A stretch of 64,000 bases of DNA from Octopus vulgaris (GCA_951406725.2 OX597815.1:207700001-207764000); one strand, 5' to 3'. Counted from the first letter of the stretch, positions 25,385 to 38,743 are shown. Notes: a model not told the origin generated them from the sequence alone. Translations and numbers: made by a program.

Positions 25385-25974
25385 AAATTATGAGCTTAGC
25401 TCAACTAAAAACAGAAAGCTAGAGTAAATTCCAAGGAATGGTACAGTGACATATATTTTCTACCATGTGTAGCTGTTATATCTTTTTCCATAATTCTAAG
25501 TTACTGTGTCAAACGAAAGATGCATGTCTTTAGCAAAAACAAAAATAAAACTGCTCTGATCCACAAAAGGTGTTTGTATACAAAAGAAAAAAAAGAGAGA
25601 AAGAGAGAGGAGGAGAGGGAGAGCAAACTATGTTGCATAGATTTTTTCAATATTTCAGTAGATTCTATATTTTAGTGAACAATCTAAAGAAATAGTTGTT
25701 TGAATAGAAACACTTAAAAATTTTAATTAGTCTTGAAACATTAAGACACAAATGGATGAGATAGCAGTATACTATAAAAGAATATTAAAAAAAACTGTAT
25801 ATCTGATCAGGTATTCCTACTTATGTTGGAATCACTTTCTAATCCAAATTTTTATTAGCTGCCACAGATATGGTGGACCATTTCACAAATAAATAAATAA
25901 ATGAATAAATATTTGTATTTAGGCATTAAAATACCAAATATACATAAATATATATTTTTTTCTTTTTTCAGATG

Positions 25975-26142
25975 GCCAGATAACCGAAGAGATGGTGTTG
26001 TGGATTTCCACTTCGGCATCTGAAACTCAGAGTTTTATCTTGACTATTGAGTAAATGTAACATATTATTTTATAGATAAATTTCCTCTATTTACATAATA
26101 TTGAGGTCTCTTTCTTTCTTTTGTTATCTTACCGTTTTTTAC

Positions 26143-26176
<34 letters not shown>

Positions 26177-26469
26177 ATATGTTACATTACTCGATAGTCA
26201 AGATAAAACTCTGAGTTTCAGATGCCGAAGTGGGAATCCACAACACCATCTCTTCGGTTATCTGGCTATTTTTTTTTTTTCATAGCGTTTTCAAATAGCC
26301 AGATAACCGAAGAGATGGTGTTGTGGATTTCCACTTCGGCATCTGAAACTCAGAGTTTTATCTTGACTATTGAGTAAATTGTAACATATTATTTTATAGA
26401 TAAATTTCCTCTATTTACATAATATTGCGGTCTCTTTCTTTCTTTTGTTATCTTACCGTTTTTTACCAA
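25975..26469. mobile_element. Penelope-like terminal repeat cluster (direct-inverted-direct), (TA)n-associated
   Basis: A unit of about 170 bp at 25975-26145 (+), a partial inverted copy at 26167-26271, and a direct copy at 26293-26469. Each carries a hammerhead-like fold. No RT ORF is seen, so the class is inferred. Confidence 0.6.
25978..26040 (+). ncRNA. Variant type I hammerhead-ribozyme-like motif (also 26201-26263 minus and 26301-26363 plus)
   Basis: AGATAA-CCGAAGA-GATG...CATC-T-GAAA-CTC-A-GAG-T-T-TTATCT. Stem I AGATAA/TTATCT, stem II GATG/CATC, stem III CTC/GAG. The core deviates (U4C and one extra U before GAAA). Confidence 0.45.
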
Positions 26470-27059
26470 TATATATATATATATATATATATGATATTTC
26501 TATAATTATGAGTTAAATGTGTGTGAGAGAGAGAGATATTGGGATTCAACTTGTTTCTGTTATGAAAACAGAGCAAATAGAGCGGTTTGTATCCTGATGA
26601 CTGACACGAACATTGACAGGCACCATAGAAACATAGTAATCTATCACACATGTTTGCTTAATTCGTCATCATCTCATCGGCAGCATCTGGGAGGAGGAGG
26701 AGGAGGAGGAGGAGGAGGAGAGGAAGGGTTGTAAGAGAAGATAGGCAAAATAAGAATGGCATTTGCGTGAGGTTGGCGGAGGCGGATGGGGGGGGAGAAG
26801 GGAAAGCAAAGGAGATGGAAGTGTGATATGGATGTGTGTGTGTAGAGAGAGAGAGAAAGGAGAGAGGGAGAGAATGTGAAGATGGTCAACGCCAAGGAAA
26901 CATATGGCAACACAGTTGTTAAATTAAGGATCTGCTTAAAGAAATAAAGTTTTGAAGGATATCAAGAAATTTGGTTTAGGAAAAAGTATATTCTATACAT
27001 ACATATATATTTGTGTGTGTGTGTGTATAGACATAGATATGTATATGTATATATATATA

Positions 27060-27092
<33 letters not shown>

Positions 27093-27298
27093 GTGTGTGT
27101 GTGTATATATATACATACATATATATTTGTGTGTGTGTGTGTGTATAGAAAGGAAAAGGGTAAACGTTTTTATTTATCTTTCTATTTCAGAATTACAACT
27201 ATTAGTGGTTTGGAGTTTGGCTGCTCTTTCTAGTGAGTCGGATGTCCCCTATTATGGCCATCCCTTATATGTTTGGATATATATTTGTGTGTGTGTGT

Positions 27299-27868
27299 AT
27301 AGACATAGATATGAATATGTATATATATATGTGTGTGTGTGTATAGACATAGATATGTATATGTATATATATATGTGTGTGTGTGTATAGACATAGATAT
27401 GTATATGTATATATATATGTGTGTGTGTGTATAGACATAGATATGTATATGTATATATATATGTGTGTGTGTGTATAGACATAGATATGTATATGTATAT
27501 ATATATGTGTGTGTGTGTATAGACATAGATATGTATATGTATATATATATGTGTGTGTGTGTGTATAGACATAGATATGTATATGTATATATATATGTGT
27601 GTGTGTGTATAGACATAGATATGTATATGTATATATATATGTGTGTGTGTGTATAGACATAGATATGTATATGTATATATATATGTGTGTGTGTGTATAG
27701 ACATAGATATGTATATGTATATATATATGTGTGTGTGTGTATAGACATAGATATGTATATGTATATATATATGTGTGTGTGTGTATAGACATAGATATGT
27801 ATATGTATATATATATGTGTGTGTGTGTATAGACATAGATATGTATATGTATATATATATGTGTGTGT
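27299..27868. repeat. 44-bp minisatellite, 13 near-perfect units
   Basis: Unit ATAGACATAGATATGTATATGTATATATATATGTGTGTGTGTGT, with a solitary unit at about 27027. Confidence 0.93.
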
Positions 27869-28291
27869 ATATATATATATGTATATATATGTGTGTGTTT
27901 GTATGTGTGTGTATATATATTACATTGTGTGTGTGTATATTAATACATGTTTATATGTGTGGGTGGGGGTGGGGGTGTTAATACTTTAAGTTCATTTGTT
28001 CATGGTGATGATGATGATGATGATGATGATGTGACCCATGCACAAACATATGGGGCACATCTCTTGGAATACAATTAAAAGATTAAAAGTGTGTGTGTGT
28101 GTGTGTGTATGAGGATGTAAATAAATTAAATAACTAACATAAACACACACATGAATACAAACACACACACACACACACACATCTGTCAACAGAGATATTG
28201 GCTAAAAATGACATCGATTAAGATACTTGTACCTAGAATTTCATAAAAATTCAAAGGAGGTGGTGGTGGTTGTGGTGGTGGTAGTAGTAGT

Positions 28292-28323
<32 letters not shown>

Positions 28324-28825
28324 TAGTAGTAGTAAGAAAAGAAATCTATAAATATTGGGAAAATATTACAATAAATACTGCCCACACACACCTTAATAAA
28401 TTCGTCTATAACCCACCTTCTCAGCATGCTAAGAATAGCAGCCGAGTATCCTTTAAAATCATTACACACATTACCCTAAGGAAAGACAGCGTGGATTACA
28501 CTGTGGTTCTGTATTATGAACGAAATGCCGGAATAAAAGACAAATGGAATGCCTTTGATCATAGATCTGCCGGATCGGAGCTGACCCCCCCCCCCCCCCC
28601 AGAAAAGAGAAGGCTAAACAACAACATGAAGCAATAAAGAATTAGCTGGAAAATTCGTCTCGGATTTGGAAGTGGAGTAGTGGTGGTGAGGAGGGGAGGG
28701 CAGTATTTCTTATATTGATGATGATGATGATGATGAAGGATCTGTATATCATCATGAACATGAAATGAGGAAATAAAAGAGAACATTCAGACAAGCATAG
28801 ATAGAATAATTTACATGGTGTTTTA

Positions 28826-28883
28826 CCGTATTTTCTGGCATACATGTCCAGCCTTTAAGACCAAAAATCTGCAGCCCAATAAC

Positions 28884-28915
<32 letters not shown>

Positions 28916-29075
28916 TAGAAAGGTAGGTCAACTTATACACCAAGACGACCCTGCAGGACTGAGAATTCCATGCGAAATGCAGCAAAAGATTTGGAAAGAC
29001 AGTGACGATGTTTGAATGTTTACGCAAAATGTTTACTCTACATTATTGCATAGACTTTTATGCCGGAAAATACGG
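28826..29075. mobile_element. pogo/Tigger-type (Tc1-mariner superfamily) MITE remnant
   Basis: TA|CCGTATTTTCTGGCATA ... TATGCCGGAAAATACGG|TG: a 17-bp TIR with 1 mismatch. The TA target is decayed on the right. Confidence 0.65.
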
Positions 29076-29394
29076 TGTGTTTAAGACCTGTGTTATCTTT
29101 CAATAGATTCCATGCCTTATAAACAATAAGCAACGACTCCACACACACACGTATATAATATATATTGTGCCGGATGACCAGATAACCAAGGGCTAGAGAG
29201 GAGAGGTGGTGATGGTGGGTGGATTTTACGTTTTGTGAGTAATGAAATCGGTAGTAATAGTAGTGATGACCATGATGATGATGATGATAAGGGAAGATGA
29301 TGTCGACTCTAGTGATATGGATAACAGTAAAGATATAAATTACACGACAAAATATTTTAATTTACATAATTGATCAGACAGGTAGCTCTCAGGG

Positions 29395-29540
29395 ATCTAT
29401 CTACCTACCTATAAATCTGTCTGTCTATCTATCTGTCTGTCTATTTATCTGTCTATCTATCTACCGACCGACCTACCTACCTAACTACCTACTTACTTAC
29501 CTACCTACCTACCTACAAACCTACCTACCTACCTACCTAC

Positions 29541-29579
<39 letters not shown>

Positions 29580-29701
29580 CCTACCTACCTATAAATCTGT
29601 CTGTCTATCTATCTATTTGTCTATCTAGCTATTTATCAATCAATCTATCTATCTATCTATATCTATCTACCTACCGACTTACTTACCTACCTACCTATAT
29701 A

Positions 29702-29733
<32 letters not shown>

Positions 29734-30150
29734 TTTTTCTATCTATCTATCTATCTATCTGTCTATTTATCTGTCTATCCATCTATCTGTCTATCCATCT
29801 ATCTCTGTCTATCCATCTATCTATCTATCTGTCTATCCATCTATCTATCTATCTATCTATCTGTCTATCCATCTATCTCTGTCTATCCATCTATCTATCT
29901 ATCTATCTGTCTATCCATCTATCTATCTACCTACCTACCTACCTACCTACCTACCTACCTATATATCTATTTGTCTATCTATCTGTCTGTCTATCTATTT
30001 ATCTGTCTACCTGTCTGTATGTCTATCCACCCACCCATCCACCTACCCGTCCGCCCACCCGTCCACCTACCTATTCATCCATCCATCCATCCAACCATCC
30101 AACCATCCACCCAGCCACCCACCTATCTATCCTACCTCTCTATTTATCTA
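29395..30150. repeat. Compound tetranucleotide microsatellite (TCTA/CCTA/TCTG/CCAT)n
   Basis: Direct observation. Confidence 0.93.
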
Positions 30151-30374
30151 TTTTGTTTTTAAAATTTTTCTTTTCGTAAATGATTTTTGCTTTGTTTTTT
30201 TTCTTTTCTTTTTCTTTTCTTTTTCTTTGTTTCTTTGTTTTGTTTCTCTCTCTCTTCTCAATGAGTAATCGAAAAGCAGCCCTGATAAAAAAATATCGGA
30301 TTGTCCAGCCTTTTGTGGTCGTCACAGACACCAAGAAGAGACTGGATCACCGAAAGCAACCAGTGATGGCAAGT

Positions 30375-30639
30375 GACAACAGCAGCAACGATGGTGGTGA
30401 CGGTGACGGTGGCGGTAGCGGCGGTAGCGGTGGTAGCGGCGGTGGAGCTGGAGGCACCAGCGGTGGCACAGGCGGTGACATCACTAACAGTAGTAGTATC
30501 AGCAGCAGCAGCAGCAGCAACATCAACATCAACCGGGTGTGGCAATGCATGTCTGGCACTTATCGTACGGCTTGTTAATGTTTGTGGCAGCAGCAGCAGC
30601 AGCGGCAGCAGCAGTAGTAGTAGTAGTAGCAGCAGCAGC

Positions 30640-30692
<53 letters not shown>

Positions 30693-30762
30693 CAGCAGCA
30701 GCAGCAGTTGTAGCAGCATTTGCAGCAGCACTACCACATCAACAACAGCAATAACAACAATG

Positions 30763-30797
<35 letters not shown>
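30375..30797. repeat. Compound trinucleotide repeat (GGT/GGC/AGC/AGT/AAT)n
   Basis: Direct observation. Confidence 0.85.
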
Positions 30798-31501
30798 CTA
30801 GCTTGTTTGATTTGGAGATCCTAAAGAGCTTCTTTAATTGCAGTTATTGAAAATAGCTACTGTTGAGGTTTTCACAAGGTATATTCTACACACATTATTA
30901 TTATTATTATTATTATCATCATCATCGTCATAATCAATGTTACGGTCATTTTAGTGTAGATACGAATTAAAGACTCATCACTTCTCAAATCGAACACGAA
31001 TTTACAGAGCATCTAGTGACCAAAGATTGTAAAAAAATTTTTTTTTAAATTGGTAGAGAATACAGTGTCTTAATAAGAATATAAGTTATTATTGTATTAA
31101 TGGTAGTATTTGTGGGAATATATTAAATACTCATCAAAAACGAATATAAATCAACCACCTTCCATGTATTTACACAGATACGCATATATAAATCTACATA
31201 CATACATATAGCGGTATACAAATTGGGTATTGAATAAGAAGAGAATAAATAGTAAGTGCTCAAAGTAAGATGTTTTTGCATGTATATATATACATATGTG
31301 TGTGTGCGGGTACATATTTATGTATAACAGTAAATTAAACAGTAGAAAAAGGGTCAATGTTTGTAGTAGGGTGCGTGTGCATGCATGCATATTTAATACA
31401 CACACACACACATTATTTTGACAACAATCTAAGATTACCTACATTATGTATGGAAGGCTCTGATATATTGAAACCAAACACATTAACAAATAATATATAT
31501 A

Positions 31502-31541
<40 letters not shown>

Positions 31542-31589
31542 GTTTAAATATTTATTGGCTAAACTGGCAAAATGACCATTCCGAAATAT

Positions 31590-31692
<103 letters not shown>

Positions 31693-32803
31693 TATATGTG
31701 TGTGTGTGTATATATAAATTGTTTATATATTTGCTTGTTTAATAGATAGAAATGTTAGGAAGATGCAAGCTAGCAAAAATTGTTGTTTTGAGGTGTGAAA
31801 GAGTGTACGATCATCAATATATGTAATTAATATGGGTAATTAATCAAGTCTACACCCCTTACTTACCAGATATTTTCCAGAACTTTTCATTACTACATTA
31901 AACTACAGCTGCTTTTACACAGCCACCATAGCAGACATGTTGTAAACAAATGCAGAGAGAGAGAGTCTATGCTATCTTATGCTGTGTCGTGTTATTGATC
32001 CGAAAGGGGAAAACCAAAGGAAAAACTAAAATTAAAATCCGTATGAGGTAAATATGAGTAATGTAGGGGATCTCCCTTTTAAAAAGAGAAAACAATAAAG
32101 GAATAAAATAAAGGGAAATGGTAAAATCTAAAAATAAATGTTGGAGAGAGAGAGTTCGTTTGTTAAGAGAGAATATTGTAAATAGGAGAGAATATAGAGC
32201 AGAAAAAGAAAAAAAAGCCAAGTTTCCACTGTGATTCTCATTTAAGGAGAGAAGCATGAAATCTTGAAGAAAAATATTTGGGAGATGAGTGAAGAAAGGG
32301 AATGCCAAGGAGGGGAGAAGTATAATGCATGTGTGTGTGTTAGTGTGTTTTGTATTCAAATGATTGTAAAGTGACATATGACAAAGGAAATCACATCTAA
32401 GTCTTTTGATGTTATTTGTTGTCTTTTGGTGCTTCAGAACCAAACCAAACCAAACCAAACAGATAAAATAAAATGAAAATAAATAGAATAACCAAAAAGG
32501 AAACAAAAAATAAGACAAAGAAAAATAGGGAAACCGCAAGATTTTTCTTCTATCGACCAGCAGTATCCCTATCTCAAAACAGAATCTATCCATTTAGCAC
32601 CCTCACTCTCCCTCAGTTCTATATTTTTGCAGTTTATTATATAGATCTAAATTACAAATCATTATTCCGAATAAAGAATTATTTATGAATATACTGTCAA
32701 AAAGTTTTAAAAAATCTATGTAGGAAGCAAAGAGAAAGTGAAAGTACAGAAGGAAGAGTTGTGTGTGTGAGTGTGCTTATTTGCATGTGTGCATACACAG
32801 TCA

Positions 32804-32834
<31 letters not shown>

Positions 32835-33684
32835 TGAAAGCAAGAATATATCAAGTAAACACATGAAGAAATGAGAGAGAGAGAGAGAGAGAGAGAGAAG
32901 GAGAAAGGAAGAGAGGGAGAAATCAAAAAGGGTGAAAGAGAGAACCAAGCAAAGAAATGTAGATGGAAGTATGGTTTCCTGTGTCAGATCTGTTGTCTAT
33001 TCAACGTGAGTACAAATGAAGAACATAAGACAATGGACTTATTACACTCTCTCTACATCTTGAGCACGATGAACCGAGTGTATGCGGAGATGTGCATTAA
33101 AGCCTGTAGAATGGCAGACAGCATGTTCTTGCGAAATATCGCAAGCAGTAGTATAAGACAAGACATTTCTCATGCGTAATTTGGGTTTCCATTTGTATTA
33201 TTGTTTGTTTTTGTCGTTTTTACATTTTATATACTTATTTATATATTTATTTATATAATTTTCTGTCTAACTAAAGCCATGGAAGACGGTAAAAGGAAAA
33301 AATATTTTATATATATATATACACACACACACATACACACACACATTGAAAAATAGATACGTATATACATATATATGTACATATATATATACATGCATAT
33401 AAACATATATACATACATATATACACATATATGTACATACATACACATGCACATATATATATATATGTACATCTATCTATGTATCTATATGTACATCTTT
33501 CTATCCATACATATATATATATATATATATATATTGATTTGCCTAATAGTGGTTTTATCTTTAATTTAATATATATATACATATATAGATATATATATAT
33601 ACATATATACACATATATAGATATAATATATATACATATATATATATATATATAAGATAGATAGATAGATAGATAGATACAAAT

Positions 33685-33732
<48 letters not shown>

Positions 33733-34504
33733 AGAGAAAGAATTAGGAATATAATTGGATATACACTAGCAAAAAAAATCTTTACAGTTTGCAATTAACA
33801 GTCACAACCAATGTGGCCATTAAAAAGATGAGAAGAAAGACAAAGTAGCAGTAGTAGTAGTAGTAGTAGTAGTAGTGATGGTGGTGGCAGTGTTGATTTT
33901 TGTGATGGTTGTTGATGTTGTGTACTTGTGTAAAAAAAAAACTCAACATTAGCACATACACACATGTATATATATATATATATATATGTATGAGTGTGTA
34001 TATGTGAGTATTTACATTTGGGAAAGAAAAACAATATAACATTCAGTAATATATAAGTGTGTTTATGTTATCCTTCCAACATACCCAAACTGACTTACTG
34101 CACACTTTATCTGTACCCAGGAGTTTTGGGTGAACTCTATTTTTACCCCCCAAAGAACAGGAAAATATGCACTGGAATCATGCTTTTAAGCATAAGACAC
34201 CAAAAAACACAAAAGGCAAGTCAAGTTACTCAAACTCATGTGGGTGGTAGCGATCGAGATAGCAATGGTTTCTATGTGAAATGATATTATCCGCAGGCAG
34301 TTTTAGACATGGAATTATTCTGCTAAGCTATCTTTAACAATATTAAATAAAGAAAAATTACAAGAATTCAGGAATAAAAAAAAAAAACCCAAAAAACCAA
34401 CAAACTTTGAAACTAAGAGCAGAAGTTACATCTACTTAAGTTTCCATTCTACTAAATTTCAAATTGCTTTGAATGAAAGATTTAATAATAATAATAATAA
34501 TAAT

Positions 34505-35045
34505 CAAAATCGTAATCTGTCAACGTCAATGGAATTTGTAGCTGTGATACCAGTGCCGGTGGCACGTAAGAGAACCATCCGAACGTGGTCGTAGCCAGTG
34601 CCGCCCGACTGGCATCCGTGCCGGCGACACGTAAAAAGCACCATCCGACTGTGGTCGTTGCGAGCTTCATCTGGTCTCCGTACCGGTGGCACGTAACAAG
34701 CACCATCCGACCGTGGCCGTTGCCAGCTTCATCTGGTCTCCGTACCGGTGGCACGTAAAAAGCACCATCCGACCGTGGCCGTTGCCAGCTTCATCTGGTC
34801 CCTGTGCTGGGGCACGTAAAAAGAACCATCCGATCGTGACCGTCTGCCAGCCTCGTCTGGCACCTCTGCCGGTGGCACGTAAAAAGCACCCAATACACTC
34901 ACGGAGTGGTTGGCGTTAGGAAGGGCATCCAGCTGTAGAAACACTGCCAGATCAGACTGGGCCTGGTGCAGCCTTCTGGCTTCCCAGACCCCAGTTGAAC
35001 CGTCCAACCCATGCCAGCATGGAAAGCGGACGTTAAACGATGAAT
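34505..35045 (+). mobile_element. Retroposon family D with about five internal units of about 62 bp
   Basis: Same ends as the 11070 copy, flanked by (AAT)n on both sides. Confidence 0.8.
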
Positions 35046-35362
35046 AATAATAATAATAATAATAATCCATTCTGTTACAGGCACAAGTCCTGATATTTGG
35101 GCGAGGAGAGGCCAGTCGATTACATCAACCTTAGTATTCTACTGATTCTTCTTTCATTGACCCCAAAAGGATAAAAAGCAAAGTTAGCCTTCGTGGGATT
35201 TGAACATAAGGACAGACAAAATACCATGAAGCGTTTTGCCTGGCATACTAATGATCCTGCTAGCTTGCCACCTTATTAATAATAACAATAATAATGATGC
35301 TATCAAATTTTGGTACAGGGTAAGCAGGTTTAAAGGAGTGGGGTAAGTCGATTATATCTATC

Positions 35363-35762
35363 AGGCGCAGGAGTGGCTGTGTGGTAAGTAGCTTGCTTAC
35401 CAACCACATGGTTCTGGGTTCAGTCCCACTGCATGGCATCTTGGGCAAGTGTCTTCTGCTATAGCCTCGGGCCGACCAAAGCCTTGTGAGTGGATTTGGT
35501 AGACGGAAACTGAAAGAAGCCCGTGTACATATATATATGTGTGCGTGTATGCTTGTGTGTCTGTGTCTGTCCCCCTAGCATTGCTTGACAACCGATGCTG
35601 GTGTGTTTATGTCCCCGTCACTTAGCGGTTCGGCAAAAGAGACCGATAGAATAAGTACTGGGCTTACAAAGAATAAGTCTCGGGGTCGAGTTGCTCGACT
35701 AAAGGGGTGCTCCAGCATGGCCGCAGTCGACTGACTGAAACAAGTAAAAGAGATAAAAGAGA
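35363..35762 (+). mobile_element. SINE family A
   Basis: Full length, inserted inside a family B-variant copy. Confidence 0.88.
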
Positions 35763-36159
35763 TCTTAGTGTTCAACTGGTACTTTTTTCATTGATCCCTA
35801 AAGGATGAAAGGCAAAGTTGACCGCAACAGAATTTGAACTCAGAATTTAAAGACAGACACAATGCCACTGAACATTTTGCCAGGCATGCTAACGATTCAG
35901 TCAGCTTGCCCCGCTTAATGATGATAATAATAATCCTTTCTATTCAATGCACAGGACCTGAAATTTGTGGGGAAAAGATAAGTCAATTACATGAACCCAA
36001 GTTTTACCCTGGTACTTGATTTATTGACCCCGAAAGGATGAAAGGCAAAGTCAGCCGCAGTGGGATTTGAACTCAGAACATAGCAATGGGCGAAATACTG
36101 CTAAGCATTTCATCCAGCATGCTAACGATTCAGCCAGCTCACTGCCTTCTTAATAATAA

Positions 36160-36452
36160 TAATCATCATCGTTTAGCGTCCGCTTTCCATGCTGGCATGG
36201 GTTGGACGGTTCAACTGGAGATCTGGGAAGCCCAAAGGCTTCATCAGGCCCAGTCAAATCTGGCAGTGTTTCTACGGCTGGATGCCCTTCCTAACGCCAA
36301 CCACTCCGCGAGTGTAGTGGGTACTTTTTATGTGCCACCGACACAGGTGCGAGATGAGGCTGGCAAATGGCCACGCTCGGATGGTGTTTTTTTTTATGTA
36401 CCACCGACACAGGTGCCAGACGAGGCTGGCGAACGGCCACGCTCGGATGGTT
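36160..36452 (-). mobile_element. Retroposon family D, 5'-truncated
   Basis: Reverse complement of the family D 3' end plus minisatellite units. Confidence 0.75.
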
Positions 36453-36664
36453 GGCACAAGGCCTGGAATTTTGGGGAAAGGGAGCTAGTCAATTACACTG
36501 ACCCCCAGTACTCGACTAGTAATTATTTTATCGACCCACAAAGAATGAAAAGTAAGGTTGACCCGAGCAGAATTTGAACTCAGAACACAAGAGAGATGAA
36601 ATGCCACTCAGCATTTTGCCCTGCATGCTAATGATTCTGTTAGTTTTCCACCTTTAATATAATA

Positions 36665-37075
36665 GTGTGGTAAGTAGCTTGTTTACCAACCACATAGTTC
36701 CGGGTTCAGTCCCACTGCGTGGCACCTTGGGCAAATGTCTTCTGCTATAGCCTCAGGCCAACCAATGCCTTGTGAGTGGATTTGGTAGACGGAAACTGAA
36801 AGAAGCCCGTCGTATATATGTATATATATATATATGTATGTGTGTGTATGTGTTTGTGTGTCTGTGTTTGTCCCCCTAGCATTGCTTGACAACCGATGCT
36901 GGTGTGTTTACATCCCCATTACTTAGCGGTTCGGCAAAAGAGACCGATAGAATAAGTACTGGGCTTACAAAGTATAAGTCCCGGGGTCGAGTTGCTCGAT
37001 TAAAGGCTGTGCTCCAGCATGGCCGCAGTCAAAATGACTGAAACAAGTAAAAAGAAAAAGAAAGTAATAGAGTAA
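36665..37075 (+). mobile_element. SINE family A (slightly 5'-truncated)
   Basis: Family A sequence. Confidence 0.88.
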
Positions 37076-37342
37076 TATTTTTATTTTTTATATACTCAAG
37101 CCTACACACACCAGGCATCCCATTCATTTCCCAGCTCAAAGAGGTGAGCCCTGTTCTATGCTTGGGTCAAGGCATAGAATGCAATCCCCAATATCAGCAG
37201 CGGGGCCCAACAGCATATGTTGGTTTACCCCTGCCACATCATGCTGGTTCTGTACCCCTTTGAACAACATCAAATTCACTCATCTGTCCACAAACACTCT
37301 CCAAGCTTTCCTAATAAAAATGACATTAAGTATAATTCATTC

Positions 37343-37650
37343 TGTGGAGGTGCAATGGCCCAGTGGTTAGGGCAGCGGACTTGTGGTCGGAGGATTGCGG
37401 TTTCGATTCCCAGACCGGGCGTTGTGTGTGTTTATTGAGCAAAAACACCTAAAAGCTCCACGAGGCTCTGGCAGGGGATGGTGGCGACCCCTGTTGTACT
37501 CTTTCGCCCCAACTTTCTCTCACTCTCTCTTCCTGTTTCTTGAATAACGCTGTGATGGACTGGCATCCCGTCCAGCTGGGGGGAACACATACGCCACAGA
37601 AACCGGGAAACTGGGCCCATGAGCCTAGCTAGGCTTGAAAAGGGCGACGT
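37343..37650 (+). mobile_element. SINE family C variant
   Basis: tRNA-like head, with tail as in the 7900 copy. Flanked by tataattcattct on both sides (TSD-like). Confidence 0.82.
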
Positions 37651-38098
37651 ATATACGTATATATAATTCATTCTACTACACGCACAAGGCCTGAAATTTG
37701 GGGATAGGGACAAGTTGCTTACATTGATCCCCAGTACTTAGATGGTATTTTATTTTATCAACTCTAAAAGGATGAAAGGCAAAGTCAACCTTGGTGGAAT
37801 TTGAACTGAGAACATGAAGCTGGAAGAAATGGTGATAAGCATTTTGTCTGGTGTAGCAATGATTCTGACAGCTGCCTTAATAATAATACTGATAACAATG
37901 ATAATAATAATGGTTTCTGATTTAGATATAAAAACCAAAGATCCTGTAGGGAGGGTGTTAGCCAATTACACTGATCTCTAGATGATGAAAGACTAAGTCG
38001 ACGATGGTGGAATTTGAGTTCAGAATGGGACAAATCAGAAGAAATGCTGCTAAGAATATTGTCTGACACAGTAACAATTCTGCCAGCCCGCTACCTTA

Positions 38099-38133
<35 letters not shown>

Positions 38134-38342
38134 CTTTCTACAATATGCACAAGACCTGAAATGTTATGGGAGGTGGACTAGTGGATTACATTGAGCCAAG
38201 GGCTCAACTGGTACTTATTTTATTGATCTTGAATGGATGAAAGGCAAATTTGTTCCCGGTAGGATTTGAACTCGAAACAAAAAGAGCAGGAAGAAATATA
38301 TCATAAAGCATTTTGTCGCAATGTTCTAACAATCCTGAATAA

Positions 38343-38743
38343 TCTTTATATATAAAAGTGAAGTTGTGTGCTGTCTGTCTCCTACAATTTAGATTCCTAA
38401 CTACTCCCACATTTTGCGGTGCAGTGTAACCAAAACCGGGTATCTTATAGTCGTGATTCATATCGAGCCCTTCTGGGTATTAGCGCATGTCTACGATGAG
38501 TCTACGATTTAAAAAACAATTTACCATCATTTTTTTCCATTTTAATGCATTTTTTTCGCTATTATATAAGGGAAGTAACTCTCTAAAAATGTCTACGATG
38601 AGTCAACGATATTTTAAAAAAATTACCATCATTTTTTTCCATTTTTAATGCATTTTTTTGCTAATTTTTGGCTATAACTCTCTAAAAATGCTTATATAGT
38701 TATTTCCCTTACAAACCCGAGCAACGCCGGGCGATACTACTAG
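38343..38743 (+). mobile_element. Non-autonomous Helitron
   Basis: A|TC 5' start, subterminal hairpin CCCG-AGCAACGC-CGGG, CTAG|T 3' end, and no TSD. Confidence 0.85.

Noticed and set aside
27230-27836. Long ORFs of 172-194 aa, and a CRISPR-like periodic array
   Set aside because: A pure tandem minisatellite with no unique spacers, in eukaryotic context. The ORFs are repeat artefacts.
31967-32593. 208-aa minus ORF
   Set aside because: F/L/I/S-rich, the product of T-rich low-complexity sequence. No domain recognised.
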